A DNA stretch of 52,343 nt from contig SCQK01000002.1 in NCBI GenBank assembly GCA_004321885.1, forward strand, positions 1-52,343, written 5' to 3'. Each line of letters starts with the position of its first letter. The stretch's first letter is position 1. This document shows positions 27,432 to 37,312 of this stretch, piece after piece. The DNA is from Patescibacteria group bacterium (GTDB taxonomy: Bacteria > Patescibacteriota > Patescibacteriia > Magasanikbacterales > GWA2-37-8). The position numbers were made by a program, and so were the translations under genes. Under the pieces are notes generated by a model. It saw nothing but the letters and a program-made list of their open reading frames with translations, was not told the origin of the DNA and did no database searches.

Positions 27432-28702
27432 AACTGAGGCTCTTTAATTCTTTTGTAATAGAGATACCAAAGCAGGACAACGATAATAAACATCTCCAAA
27501 GATTTGAAAGCAAAAAGCGTCATCATGGGCTGACTGCCGAAGATGGGAAAGAGCAGCCACTGGGATATGGACAAATAAAACAGGGCCTGTAAAAGAAAAT
27601 CATAAGCCGTAGACAAAGCCGGACGCATGTTCCAATAAGCGGTGAACATAAATAAATAATAAAGCCCATTATGCAGACCAGAAGCGGTGGGAAAAAATGA
27701 AACAAAAAACATTAAAGTCCCGAACTCCAGCAGAATTAAACTATTGTCGGCATCCGCTATTTTTTTTATCCTATTCATTCTATAGGTCAAGTAATAAAAT
27801 GCCGCGGAAATAATTAAAATAAGCGTCAGCGCAATAGTCTGCGCTTGGGAAAGGCTTAGTAAGTGATAGGTAAAACGATTATAAAACAGGCCCCCCAAAC
27901 TAGCGCTCCACCCGCCGGCATTGATTGAATCAGCGCCGAAACTGAACGTGGCGGCCATAAAATCCGTCAGCATGTCAAAACCAAACCACAACGTGAAAAA
28001 AGCCAGAAAAACCAGGGTGGAGTAAAAAACCGTTTTATTCTTGATGAAAAAATACGGCAGAAAAACTATCGGCATTAACTTGAACATGATGGCGGCGGCC
28101 AAAAGCAAGCCGGTAATTTTATATTTCTTTTTCAAATAGAACAGCAAACACAAGGAAAGCAAAAATATGACCGGCACATTTGTCTGCCCGTGGTCAAGAT
28201 GAAGAAAAAAGAACGGCGAAAATAAAAAAACCAAAGCGGCAATGATAAAATACCACATTTTCTTGCGCATGAAACTGCTTAAAATATAAATGGACCACAT
28301 AAACAGCGCTATCGTAAACATGCTATAGACAATCAGGGAAACATAAAAAGGAAGCAGGCTGAAAGGGATGAAAAAATAGGCCATGAGCGGGGGATAAACA
28401 AACTGAACAATAAAATGGGGCAGTGAAAGTTCGTTGGGATTGGGCTCGTTGGGCGAGGCGAAATAAAAATTCTTGCCCTGGCTCGCTTTCAAGCCAGCGT
28501 AATAGAAGAAATGATAATCTGAACCGCCGAGGCCGCGGCTAACGCTCGGCGAGAAAAGTTGGCGGTTGTCCAGTTGCAGGGGATACCAGCCGAAAACAGC
28601 CGTAATCACGAATAAAAAAACCAGCCCGCCCAAATAAAGGGCGAAAAACGGCGACCGTAGCCAGGTCTCTTTTGGCGATTCTTGATTTTCGTTAAGCATC
28701 AT
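27413..28702 (-). CDS. Polytopic membrane protein, putative GT-C-like glycosyltransferase (DUF2029/GT87-like) or O-antigen polymerase-like
   Basis: 429 aa with 10-12 TM helices and a conserved loop (SDYHFFYYAG). It lies downstream of gtrA/gtrB in the position of a GtrC-type transferase. Confidence 0.4.
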   Translation of the reverse strand: MMLNENQESPKETWLRSPFFALYLGGLVFLFVITAVFGWYPLQLDNRQLFSPSVSRGLGGSDYHFFYYAGLKASQGKNFYFASPNEPNPNELSLPHFIVQFVYPPLMAYFFIPFSLLPFYVSLIVYSMFTIALFMWSIYILSSFMRKKMWYFIIAALVFLFSPFFFLHLDHGQTNVPVIFLLSLCLLFYLKKKYKITGLLLAAAIMFKLMPIVFLPYFFIKNKTVFYSTLVFLAFFTLWFGFDMLTDFMAATFSFGADSINAGGWSASLGGLFYNRFTYHLLSLSQAQTIALTLILIISAAFYYLTYRMNRIKKIADADNSLILLEFGTLMFFVSFFPTASGLHNGLYYLFMFTAYWNMRPALSTAYDFLLQALFYLSISQWLLFPIFGSQPMMTLFAFKSLEMFIIVVLLWYLYYKRIKEPQLCPAIK

Positions 28703-30009
28703 ACGTAACCCCTTAAAAATTCATTAAAACATTCCACCACATACTCCAGCATCTCTTTGTTCAATCCCGGATAACAACCCACCCAAAAAGTGTTGTTCAT
28801 GATGAAATCAGTATTTTTTAAATCGCCGACAACGCGGTAATTGATTTTATTGTCTATAAAATATGGCTGCTTCAATAGATTGCCGGCGAACAAATAACGG
28901 GTGGCAATATTATATTCCTGCAAAAACCGTACCAGCTGGTCGCGATTAAACGGCGCGTCTTCTTTGACAGTCAGCAAAAAGCCAAACCAGCTTGGCTCGG
29001 CCTTTTCTTCCCACACAGGCAAAACAAAATATTTTTCGTATTTTTTCAGGCCATCATATAAAATCTGAAAATTTTCCCGGCGCCTCTGTATAAAATCGTC
29101 AAGCTTCTCCAACTGGGCCACGCCAATGGCGGCTTGCAGGTCAGTCGGCTTCAAGTTATACCCGATTTCCGAATAAATATACTTGTGGTCATAGCCAAAC
29201 GGCAACTGGCCCAATTGCCAGCCAAATCTCATGCCGCAGGTGTTATCATGCCCGGTTTTACAGCAGCAATCCCTGCCCCAGTCTCTGATAGACCTGATAA
29301 TTTTGTTGAGCAGAGGGTCGTTCGTAAACACGGCCCCGCCTTCACCCATAGTGATATGGTGCGCCGGGTAAAAACTCAAGGTCGCCAGATGTCCAAAAGT
29401 GCCGGTTCGCTGGCCGTTAAAAGTTGACCCGAGGGCGTCGCAGTTGTCTTCTATCAGCCACAAATCTTTTTCTTTGCATAACTTTACGACAGCGTCAAGA
29501 GCAAACGGGTTGCCCAGAGTATGGGCAATCATAATGGCCCTGGTTTTTGGGCCGAGGGCTTTTTTAATTTCTTCAATGCTCGCGTTATAAGTTCCCAATT
29601 CCACGTCAACAAAAACCGGAACCAAGCTATTTTGAATTATCGGATTGACAGTGCTGGGGAAACCCGCGGCCACTGTAATAACCTCATCGCCGTCTTTTAA
29701 TTTCTTATTCCCTAATCTGGGAGACCGCAAAGCCGCGACCGCCAAGAGGTTGGCCGACGACCCGGAGTTGGTAATATTCACATACGGCACTCCCAGCCAG
29801 CGGCCGAGCCTGGCTTCAAATAAGTCGGAAAATCTTCCCTCGGTCCACCAGCCATCTAGAACCGCTTCGGTCGCCAGCAAAATTTCTTTTTCGTCAAAAA
29901 CTTTTCCAGAAATGGGAATCGATGTTTCTCCAGGAATAAATTTTTTAAACGGAAATTTTTCCCTATACTCTTGAATCAGCCTACTCTTCAATTCTTCGTT
30001 CATAAACAA
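28699..30009 (-). CDS. ddhC: CDP-6-deoxy-D-xylo-4-hexulose 3-dehydrase (E1; PMP-dependent DegT-fold dehydrase with [2Fe-2S] site)
   Basis: 436 aa DegT/DnrJ/EryC1 fold in which the Schiff-base Lys is replaced by His (FYPAHHITMGEGGAVFT). A Cys cluster (RDWGRDCCCKTGHDNTC) follows. These features and the length (about 437 aa) are diagnostic of E1/RfbH rather than an aminotransferase. Confidence 0.85.
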   Translation of the reverse strand: MFMNEELKSRLIQEYREKFPFKKFIPGETSIPISGKVFDEKEILLATEAVLDGWWTEGRFSDLFEARLGRWLGVPYVNITNSGSSANLLAVAALRSPRLGNKKLKDGDEVITVAAGFPSTVNPIIQNSLVPVFVDVELGTYNASIEEIKKALGPKTRAIMIAHTLGNPFALDAVVKLCKEKDLWLIEDNCDALGSTFNGQRTGTFGHLATLSFYPAHHITMGEGGAVFTNDPLLNKIIRSIRDWGRDCCCKTGHDNTCGMRFGWQLGQLPFGYDHKYIYSEIGYNLKPTDLQAAIGVAQLEKLDDFIQRRRENFQILYDGLKKYEKYFVLPVWEEKAEPSWFGFLLTVKEDAPFNRDQLVRFLQEYNIATRYLFAGNLLKQPYFIDNKINYRVVGDLKNTDFIMNNTFWVGCYPGLNKEMLEYVVECFNEFLRGYV

Positions 30010-30370
30010 AACGTTTGTTTAGATAAAAAGCTATGAAAGCCATGGGCAGAATCAGAATTGCTCCGGAAACATAATTGCTTACGCCTTTTAAGTTAAGAAA
30101 ACAAAGAAAAACAAGATTGATTAAATAGGTAAAAGCGTAAACACCAACAAACTTAAAAAGTAAATCGCGACGGTAAGAGGCGAAGACCAGCCGGCCGACG
30201 GTCTGAAAATTGAACAAAACCCCCAAAATAGTGGCCAGGAGCGCGGCCAAAGCATAATGCAGGCCGAAAAAAATCATAAGAGCAAAAACTCCATAGCCAA
30301 AAATTGTGTTTATTCCGCCGACCGCTAAAAAACGGATGAATTTATTCTCAAAAATTCGCCTCAAATTCAT
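29981..30370 (-). CDS. gtrA: GtrA-family small membrane protein (lipid-linked sugar flippase subunit)
   Basis: 129 aa with 4 TM helices and a GtrA signature (FIRFLAVGGINTIFGYGVFALM). Confidence 0.75.
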   Translation of the reverse strand: MNLRRIFENKFIRFLAVGGINTIFGYGVFALMIFFGLHYALAALLATILGVLFNFQTVGRLVFASYRRDLLFKFVGVYAFTYLINLVFLCFLNLKGVSNYVSGAILILPMAFIAFYLNKRFVYERRIEE

Positions 30371-31305
30371 ACATTAAAATTTATTCTTTCCTTTTCAATC
30401 ACCAGCGGCCGGTTTTTTACCTGGGTGTAAATGGCCGCGATATATTCCCCCAAAATGCCGACGAAAAAAAGCTGCATTGAGCCGAGAAAAAAGAACCCAA
30501 TGATAAGCGGCGCCAATCCCAACTGGAATCTCTGCCAATAAATTAACTTATAAATTAAATAGGCGAGGCCGAGCGCGAAACTTAGGGCCGATAGGACAAA
30601 GCCAATAAAGCTGGCCAACCGCAAAGGCAATTTAGAGTGATTGACAAAACCCAGCATGGCCACGCCGTACATGGTATACCAATTCCTGCCTTTTGATTTT
30701 CCTTTCTTTCTTTCATTCTGCGTGTATTTGAGCTCGGCATGCTGGAAGCCAACCTCGTTAATCATGCCGCGAAAATAAGGATCCGGATCGTCAAATTTTC
30801 TGATGGCTTCAATAAACTCCCGGTCATAAAGCCCGAAGCCGTGAAAATTTCTAATCTGTTCAATATCCGCGATTTTCTTGATTAAAAAATAATACAGCTT
30901 GCGGATATTAAACATTATGCCGCCCTCCTCGCTTTTATTTTTTATGCCGACAACGACCTTGTAGCCCTCTTCCCATTTTTTGATAAAATCCTTCATCAGG
31001 GCAGGCGGGTCCTGCAAATCGGAGACCAGCGATATAACCGCGTCACCCCTGGCCTGCAGCAAAGCGTGATGCAGGGAAGAGGCATGAAAATTGCGCGAGT
31101 TAACTATAATTTTTACATGCTTGTCTGCTTGCGCGATGCCTTTTAGTATGTTCACGGTCTCATCCGTGGAAGCGTTATCAATAAAAAGATGCTCGTAGTC
31201 GTACTGGGGCAGCTGGGCGAAAATTTCTCTAACTTGCAGATAGACATCCTTAATATTTTCTTCTTCGTTGTACGCGGGGGTGACCACGCTGATTAATTTT
31301 GCCAT
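30367..31305 (-). CDS. gtrB: GtrB/ArnC-type polyprenyl-phosphate glycosyltransferase (GT2 with C-terminal TM helices)
   Basis: 312 aa with a GT-A domain (ISVVTPAYNEEENI...DNASTDET) and two C-terminal TM helices. It lies upstream of gtrA. Confidence 0.8.
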   Translation of the reverse strand: MAKLISVVTPAYNEEENIKDVYLQVREIFAQLPQYDYEHLFIDNASTDETVNILKGIAQADKHVKIIVNSRNFHASSLHHALLQARGDAVISLVSDLQDPPALMKDFIKKWEEGYKVVVGIKNKSEEGGIMFNIRKLYYFLIKKIADIEQIRNFHGFGLYDREFIEAIRKFDDPDPYFRGMINEVGFQHAELKYTQNERKKGKSKGRNWYTMYGVAMLGFVNHSKLPLRLASFIGFVLSALSFALGLAYLIYKLIYWQRFQLGLAPLIIGFFFLGSMQLFFVGILGEYIAAIYTQVKNRPLVIEKERINFNV

Positions 31306-31313
31306 AAAATTTT

Positions 31314-32360
31314 TCAGATAAAACTTTTTATCGTCCGGTAAAAACCGTCGCGCACGCTAAACCGGCATTGATAGCCAAGCTTTTGAATTTTTGCAATTGA
31401 CAGTGTGGGTCTGACTTTATTCTTGTTTTCCAAATAGTCTTTGCCGGCCGCGCGCTTTTCGTAAATCACCTTTAATTTTTTTTCCGGCCACATCGCCACG
31501 AGCAAATTCGCCAATTCGCCTATGGATATTCGCCCGTTTTCATTGCCCACATTATAACTTTCACCCCGCTTGCCGTTTAATAGCACGTTAAAAAACCCGG
31601 CGGTAGCGTCGGCAATATAACAGAAAGTGCGCACCGGCGAGCCGTCGCTTTTAATCACTATGTCTTTATTACGAACGACATTTGAAACAAACTCGGCAAA
31701 AACCCTTTTATCATTTTCCAAGTCTATTGTGGGGCCGTAGGTGTGTTCGGGCCTGACGGCCACGGCCGGCACCTGGTACTGGTGATGCCAGCACTGGCAC
31801 ATATTTTCACCCATGCGCTTGCTTTCGCCATAACAGCTTCTGATGTCCATCTGATTCAAATACCCGCTGTCTTCTTCGCTGATGAGCGGCTTGTCCATGG
31901 TCCCGCAAACTTCCCCGCTGCTAAAAAATAAAAATCCCTTGGATTTCTTGGCTCTGGCCAATTCCAACAAATTTTTGGTGCCAAAAACATTCGGGGCTAT
32001 CACTCCAACCGGGTCAATGCCGTAAAACTGGGAACTGGCCGGACTGGCGGCGTGGATGATATAATCAATGCTTCCTTCAAAATCCAATTTTTCGGTGATG
32101 TCGTCGCATCTTATATAAAAAAACGGCGAATCCAAAAAATCGCCAAATCTCTTTTTGGCTTTTTTCAAATTTCGGCAGAGGGCAATAATTTTTAAATTCA
32201 AGCCGGGAATTTTTTCGCTTAAAAACGCCAACATGAAAACCATATAAGACGCCAGCATCCCATTCGCTCCGGTAACCAAAACCGTGGCGTTTTTAAACTT
32301 CTCCCAATCTAAACCGCTTTGGTAAATAATTTCTAAATCTTCTTTAATGATATCATTCAT
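31314..32360 (-). CDS. NAD-dependent nucleotide-sugar epimerase/dehydratase (SDR)
   Basis: 348 aa with a Rossmann fold (VLVTGANGMLASYM) and a YxxxK site (YGESK). Confidence 0.6.
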   Translation of the reverse strand: MNDIIKEDLEIIYQSGLDWEKFKNATVLVTGANGMLASYMVFMLAFLSEKIPGLNLKIIALCRNLKKAKKRFGDFLDSPFFYIRCDDITEKLDFEGSIDYIIHAASPASSQFYGIDPVGVIAPNVFGTKNLLELARAKKSKGFLFFSSGEVCGTMDKPLISEEDSGYLNQMDIRSCYGESKRMGENMCQCWHHQYQVPAVAVRPEHTYGPTIDLENDKRVFAEFVSNVVRNKDIVIKSDGSPVRTFCYIADATAGFFNVLLNGKRGESYNVGNENGRISIGELANLLVAMWPEKKLKVIYEKRAAGKDYLENKNKVRPTLSIAKIQKLGYQCRFSVRDGFYRTIKSFI

Positions 32361-32361
32361 G

Positions 32362-33522
32362 TTAATATATTTTGACTATTTCATTTTTTAGCTTCAATTC
32401 ATCTTTTATTTGGCGTGCCACCTCTTCCTGATAAGAAAAAGTTGAGATTAAAATGGGGGCGTTTTCTTTGATTTCTCGCGGAGACTTGATTTCAACCCCG
32501 TTGATTTTCTTTCCGTGATATTTGACGTTTGAATCCACGAAATACAATACCTTGGCCAGGTCCAGGCCGGCGCCCACCAGGCGCTGGGTGTGCGTGCCCA
32601 CGCCCCAAATGATTATTTTTTCGTGCTTGCCCAAAACTTCGCTCAAAAACTTGTTCACCTCGATGTCCAGTTGCGCGCATTTTGATATGTAGTCGCCGAG
32701 TTTCTTCTCGGTAATATCATCTTTGACAATTTCAGACTTAAGTTGAGGGGAAAACTTTGCTAAAACAAAAATGTCCGGGTCTATCGTCTGATTGACCGTG
32801 TTTTCATTTTTTTGCATTTCCACGATTTCAAAACCAAACTTCCCCAACAAATTTTTTAAGGACACATCGCTGAAATAATCAATATGCTCTATGCTGAACT
32901 GCTGAAACGGGGTAAAAATATACGAATCAAAACGCGTCGCGTCCGGCACCTCCACAAACAACAGACCGCCTTCGTTTAATAATGACTGAATTTTATCCAC
33001 GGAGCCGCTAAAATCCACCAGGTGCTCCAATACAGCTGACAAAATTATTACGTCAAATTTGTTCTCCGCGCTAAAATTGGAAATTGTGTCAGCGACGGCG
33101 TCAATGCCGTAGAGTTCCTTTACTGTTTTGACGCAAGTCGGCGAAGGGTCAATGCCCAAAAGATTGACGTAGCCTTTTTCCTTGAGCATATTGAGCAGAC
33201 AGCCAGTGGAGCATCCAATGTCCACTATTTTGGCGCGCTTGTCTTTGAGATGGGGAACCAAAAAATCAATAATCTTTTTAAAATATTTTTGGTAATCCTC
33301 CGAAACAACGCCATCCTTATAATTAAACTCCCACTTGGACATTATTTCATAGTATTTATTAAATTCCTCTTGTCCGGGAATATTATCAGCAAAAACAAAA
33401 CCGCATTTTTGGCACACCACAACATCATAGCCGTCCATTATGGCAATGGCTTTATTGCCGAAATTCTGTCTAAAAAATTTTTTCTTTCCCTCGGATAAAC
33501 AAATCGGACAAGGCCTAAGCAT
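32362..33522 (-). CDS. NDP-hexose C-methyltransferase-like (TcaB9/TylC3 architecture: Zn-ribbon plus SAM-MT plus C-terminal domain)
   Basis: 386 aa with an N-terminal Cys4 zinc ribbon (CPICLS...CQKCGFVF), a class I SAM motif (IVDIGCSTGCLL) and a C-terminal C-methyltransferase-like domain. Confidence 0.55.
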   Translation of the reverse strand: MLRPCPICLSEGKKKFFRQNFGNKAIAIMDGYDVVVCQKCGFVFADNIPGQEEFNKYYEIMSKWEFNYKDGVVSEDYQKYFKKIIDFLVPHLKDKRAKIVDIGCSTGCLLNMLKEKGYVNLLGIDPSPTCVKTVKELYGIDAVADTISNFSAENKFDVIILSAVLEHLVDFSGSVDKIQSLLNEGGLLFVEVPDATRFDSYIFTPFQQFSIEHIDYFSDVSLKNLLGKFGFEIVEMQKNENTVNQTIDPDIFVLAKFSPQLKSEIVKDDITEKKLGDYISKCAQLDIEVNKFLSEVLGKHEKIIIWGVGTHTQRLVGAGLDLAKVLYFVDSNVKYHGKKINGVEIKSPREIKENAPILISTFSYQEEVARQIKDELKLKNEIVKIY

Positions 33523-33524
33523 AT

Positions 33525-34544
33525 TTAAGATTGATAATGTTGTTTTAACCTTTCAGCAGCGCTGTTTAAGTTATCCTCCGGGAACAATCTGTATTTAACA
33601 ATATTGCAGTCCGCGCATGGCCCGCCCAAGATTTTGGCTCCTTCCAGCATTGTCCTTCTAAATTTTTGAAAGACAGGACCATTCCAGATTTCGGTTACTG
33701 ATTCTTTGTTGCAATCGCCCATAATGCCCGGATAATCCCAAGAATAGCAAGGAACAACCTTTCCGTCCGGATTGATTTGCATGTGAAAAAAAGGCTGGGG
33801 GCAAATTTTAACTTCCGAAACAGGCAGGCCAAACTGGGTTAGGTTCATTTCTTTGGCGCCGGGCATTTCTTCGTAATTCACACCGGCGTGGATGGGCACG
33901 GTATGCTCAACGGCTATAGAATCGCAAATGTCTCCAAAAATATCATAAAATTTTTCTTCGTCTTCTTTGTTGTCCAAAGCCGTGTCCACGATTTTGAAAT
34001 AGGCGTGCGCTTGGCCCTTGTGCTCGTAAAAATATCGTAAATTTCCCACGAATTTTTCAAAATCCAAATTAGCTTGGGAAATTTCTTGATATTTTTCCGC
34101 CGTAGTGCCCTGCAAAGAAACCACCAGCCGGTTCAACCCGGCAACGAGCAAGGCGTCGCTCATTTGCGGGGTAAGCAAAGAGGCGTTGGTTAAAATTTCA
34201 ATAACATTCGCTATCTTTTTTTCGGCCGTGTAGCGCACCATTTCCACAATGTCTTTATGCAAAAGCGGCTCGCCGATGCCGACAAAACGGATAACCTTGA
34301 TTTTGCCGGGGAATTTGGCCATGTCATCCACGCATTTTTTGTACAAACTTAAATCCATCATTATTTTATCGGAAATAAACCCGCGCTTGGAAGGCTCCAC
34401 TGAAAAAATACAATAACAACACTTAAAAACACAGGCGTAAATGGGGAAAATTTGTACAGCAAAAGGCGTGTCCAAAGGAAGCGCTTCCGAGAGTGGAGTT
34501 CTTTTGCCTCCCGGGGCTTGTCCACCTATATTTTTTGCTTTCAT
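33525..34544 (-). CDS. Radical SAM enzyme with C-terminal SPASM/twitch domain
   Basis: The CX3CX2C motif (CVFKCCYC) and a C-terminal Cys-rich auxiliary cluster region (PCYSW...GGPCADC) are present. The start is trimmed to MKAKNIGG (ATG at 34544), which overlaps the upstream gene stop as ATGA. Confidence 0.7.
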   Translation of the reverse strand: MKAKNIGGQAPGGKRTPLSEALPLDTPFAVQIFPIYACVFKCCYCIFSVEPSKRGFISDKIMMDLSLYKKCVDDMAKFPGKIKVIRFVGIGEPLLHKDIVEMVRYTAEKKIANVIEILTNASLLTPQMSDALLVAGLNRLVVSLQGTTAEKYQEISQANLDFEKFVGNLRYFYEHKGQAHAYFKIVDTALDNKEDEEKFYDIFGDICDSIAVEHTVPIHAGVNYEEMPGAKEMNLTQFGLPVSEVKICPQPFFHMQINPDGKVVPCYSWDYPGIMGDCNKESVTEIWNGPVFQKFRRTMLEGAKILGGPCADCNIVKYRLFPEDNLNSAAERLKQHYQS

Positions 34545-36211
34545 ACCAAGGGCGCTAACGCGAATTGCTCGGCGTATTTTTTCCAAAATGCCGATTGAGA
34601 AACTATGGCATTATATTTTGACCTGTATTCATCGTACTTATCCGCCTGGTTCATCATTTTATAACATTTGGCCGCGAAATAATAAGCAAAGGCATGGTCG
34701 TCTCTCGCTTGAATCGTGTTGGCAAAACCCTTCAGGGCCGTGGCATAATTGCCCAGCCGGAATTCCGTGTTGAGCGCGAAATTAAGTTCCAGATTCATGG
34801 TATAGGCTTTTTCCTGAATATATTCCGGGGTAAAATCATCGGTCCCGATAACCGCTCTCTTAAAATCACAGCTCATGTAATCCCCCTTGATAAAATTTTT
34901 CTGCAGGCACGTATCCAGCATTTCACTGCCCACCAGGGGCGTGGCCATGCTGATTCTAAACCAGGAGGCGTTAAGCGTTTTCAAAAAAGCCAGGGCATCT
35001 TCAATATCCTGTTTGGTTTCCCCGGGCAAACCGATGAGTATGGACACGTCCGAAGCAATGCCCAGCGCGCGACAATCGCGCAGAACCCGCGACACTATGG
35101 AGAGATTAAGCGGCTTGTGCATAATCTCGCGCAGGACCCGTTCACTGCCCGATTCCACTGACAGTATCAAATTATCCATGCCGGTGCTTTTTAGCGCTTC
35201 CAGCATTTTATAATCCAGCGCGTACAAGGCCAAAGAAGACGGGAAAAAAGACGTAAGCTTCAACTCGTTTAAGATATTCACGATTTCAAAAGCCCTGTGC
35301 CTGTTCACCAGCAAATGGTCGTCAAAAAACACCGCGGTCTGGGCGCCGTACTCGTCCCGCAGGCGCATCAAGTCCTCGCGCACTCTTTTCAAACTGTGAA
35401 AGCGCACGACCCGGCCGTGCACGGTGTGCGAAGCGCAAAAACAGCATTTATGCGGGCATCCCCGCGACGTCATTATGGGCATGCCTTTTTTTTGCCGTTC
35501 TTTTTCCAGGGGAAACAGGCCCAACAGCGAATGCTCGCGGTAATCATCCGCGTTGAGAATGCTGAAATCATAAAATGGAATTTCATCCAAATCTTCAATA
35601 AAATCAAACTGGAACATCTGGTTGTTTTCGGCTTTTTCCCTCGTAATCCAGCTAAGATGATTGCGCAGTAATGCTTTTTTATCCCCGGCTTTGACCAGCG
35701 CGAGCAGGGGTTTTTCCGCCTCGCCATAGCAAATCGCGTCAAAGCAGTCGCTGGCCTTAAACATTTCCCGGTACATATTGGTTGGCACCCCGCCGCCGGC
35801 CATGAGCATAGACGCGGGGAAAATTTTGCGCGCCGTTGCCGCCAAATCCAGCATATTGTAATAGGCCGGGGCAAACAGCGCGGATATGCCAACCATGGTG
35901 GGAGCGAAATCTTTCCACTCTGGCGCGGAAAGAGTTTCAAAAAATAATTCGGCAAAAGAATTATAATTAAAACTTTCTATTTTATTCAAAACCACGTTAA
36001 AATCCAGCAGCCTGACTTCCACCGGCGCGTTTTTTTTCAAATAAGCGCTCAGCGAAATAAGCCCGATAGGCATTTCGGTAAGCACGCTACCGTAGTTTCC
36101 CGTCCTTTTTTGCACGACGCGCTCATTAAAAGCGGGCCGAACAAAACTTTCAAACTTAATGTAAGGCGGGACGATAAATAAAATTCGTTCCATAGTAATA
36201 GACTTATTCAT
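34541..36211 (-). CDS. Cobalamin-binding (class B) radical SAM enzyme
   Basis: It has an N-terminal B12-binding Rossmann-like domain and a radical SAM core (SRGCPHKCCFCAS). The start could be MNKS (36211), MERIL (36193), or the annotated 36262. Length is about 555-573 aa. Confidence 0.7.
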   Translation of the reverse strand: MNKSITMERILFIVPPYIKFESFVRPAFNERVVQKRTGNYGSVLTEMPIGLISLSAYLKKNAPVEVRLLDFNVVLNKIESFNYNSFAELFFETLSAPEWKDFAPTMVGISALFAPAYYNMLDLAATARKIFPASMLMAGGGVPTNMYREMFKASDCFDAICYGEAEKPLLALVKAGDKKALLRNHLSWITREKAENNQMFQFDFIEDLDEIPFYDFSILNADDYREHSLLGLFPLEKERQKKGMPIMTSRGCPHKCCFCASHTVHGRVVRFHSLKRVREDLMRLRDEYGAQTAVFFDDHLLVNRHRAFEIVNILNELKLTSFFPSSLALYALDYKMLEALKSTGMDNLILSVESGSERVLREIMHKPLNLSIVSRVLRDCRALGIASDVSILIGLPGETKQDIEDALAFLKTLNASWFRISMATPLVGSEMLDTCLQKNFIKGDYMSCDFKRAVIGTDDFTPEYIQEKAYTMNLELNFALNTEFRLGNYATALKGFANTIQARDDHAFAYYFAAKCYKMMNQADKYDEYRSKYNAIVSQSAFWKKYAEQFALAPLV

Positions 36212-37304
36212 TCTCAAACAATCGCGGGTCTTCGTGAAACGGCTTCCGTGTTTTGTCTTCATCCGTAAAAACCTCGGCGCACGGCACCGGCAATGGCTTG
36301 CCGTAAACGCGCGGCTCCAGATATTTTTTCATGAATGCGCGGTCTTCGGCAATGGTGCAGGTGTCCACGTACTCGCCGAAATACTTGATGTCAAACCCGC
36401 GCTTAATAATGTCTTTCAGCGGCTCTTGCAAAACATTGCCGATGGACACGTGAATGTAGGGGCAGGGCAAAACATCGCCGTATTGGGTGACGGAAAACAT
36501 GCCTTTCAAAGCAATACAGCCCATATTCAAGCCATAGGCCGGGGTCAAATGCGTGAAGACCTTGTATTTTTTTTCCAGCTCGCGCATATAGGCCATGTCT
36601 TTTTTATCCACCAGGCCGTCATATTTTCTTTCCCAGTTGCCCACGGGCTTGGCATAGCTGACAAATACGCCAATGCCCTTATCAGTAAAGTATTCCAAAA
36701 ATTTTATGAACTCATCGGAATACAAACGGTCTTTCCAAACAACGGTCTGCATAAAAACATCCAGCCCGGCGGTCTTGGCATTATCCACCGCTTTCAGCAC
36801 GCGCTCGTATGCGCCGGGCGCGTGCCGAAACTCATCATGGCTTTTGGCGTCAAAGCTGTCCAGGCTGATTTGCATGCGGTCCACGCCAATGCTTTTGAGA
36901 TGCTTGGCGCGCTCTGCGGTCAGCAGAAAGCCGTTGCTGTCGCAGTTGATGTAAAATTTTTGCGGGTCAATGGCCGCCACCAGGGCGTCAAAATCCTTGA
37001 AAACGAGCGGCTCGCCGCCAGTGATGGTTACCCGCGCCAAACCCAGCTCGTCGGCCTGCCGAAAGAGCTCGCGCACGTCCGCGATGGTCATCTCGCGGGC
37101 GCCGTCGCTGCGGCTCTGAAATCTTTTGATGGAGCAATGCTCGCACTTGAAATTGCAGGTGTAATTGTATTGAAATTGAATAATGGCAATGCTTTCGCCG
37201 CGCCTAATTTTTTCGTCAAATTTCAAAATTTTTTCGTAGACGAGCGGCTTATTTTCTTTCAGATAATTGCGCTTGCCCTGTTCACGCTGGGAAAGTTGCT
37301 CCAT
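36204..37304 (-). CDS. Radical SAM enzyme with SPASM domain
   Basis: 366 aa with CX3CX2C (CNFKCEHC) and C-terminal auxiliary-cluster cysteines (CPYIH...C...C). Confidence 0.7.
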   Translation of the reverse strand: MEQLSQREQGKRNYLKENKPLVYEKILKFDEKIRRGESIAIIQFQYNYTCNFKCEHCSIKRFQSRSDGAREMTIADVRELFRQADELGLARVTITGGEPLVFKDFDALVAAIDPQKFYINCDSNGFLLTAERAKHLKSIGVDRMQISLDSFDAKSHDEFRHAPGAYERVLKAVDNAKTAGLDVFMQTVVWKDRLYSDEFIKFLEYFTDKGIGVFVSYAKPVGNWERKYDGLVDKKDMAYMRELEKKYKVFTHLTPAYGLNMGCIALKGMFSVTQYGDVLPCPYIHVSIGNVLQEPLKDIIKRGFDIKYFGEYVDTCTIAEDRAFMKKYLEPRVYGKPLPVPCAEVFTDEDKTRKPFHEDPRLFENE

Positions 37305-37312
37305 AATCGTAA

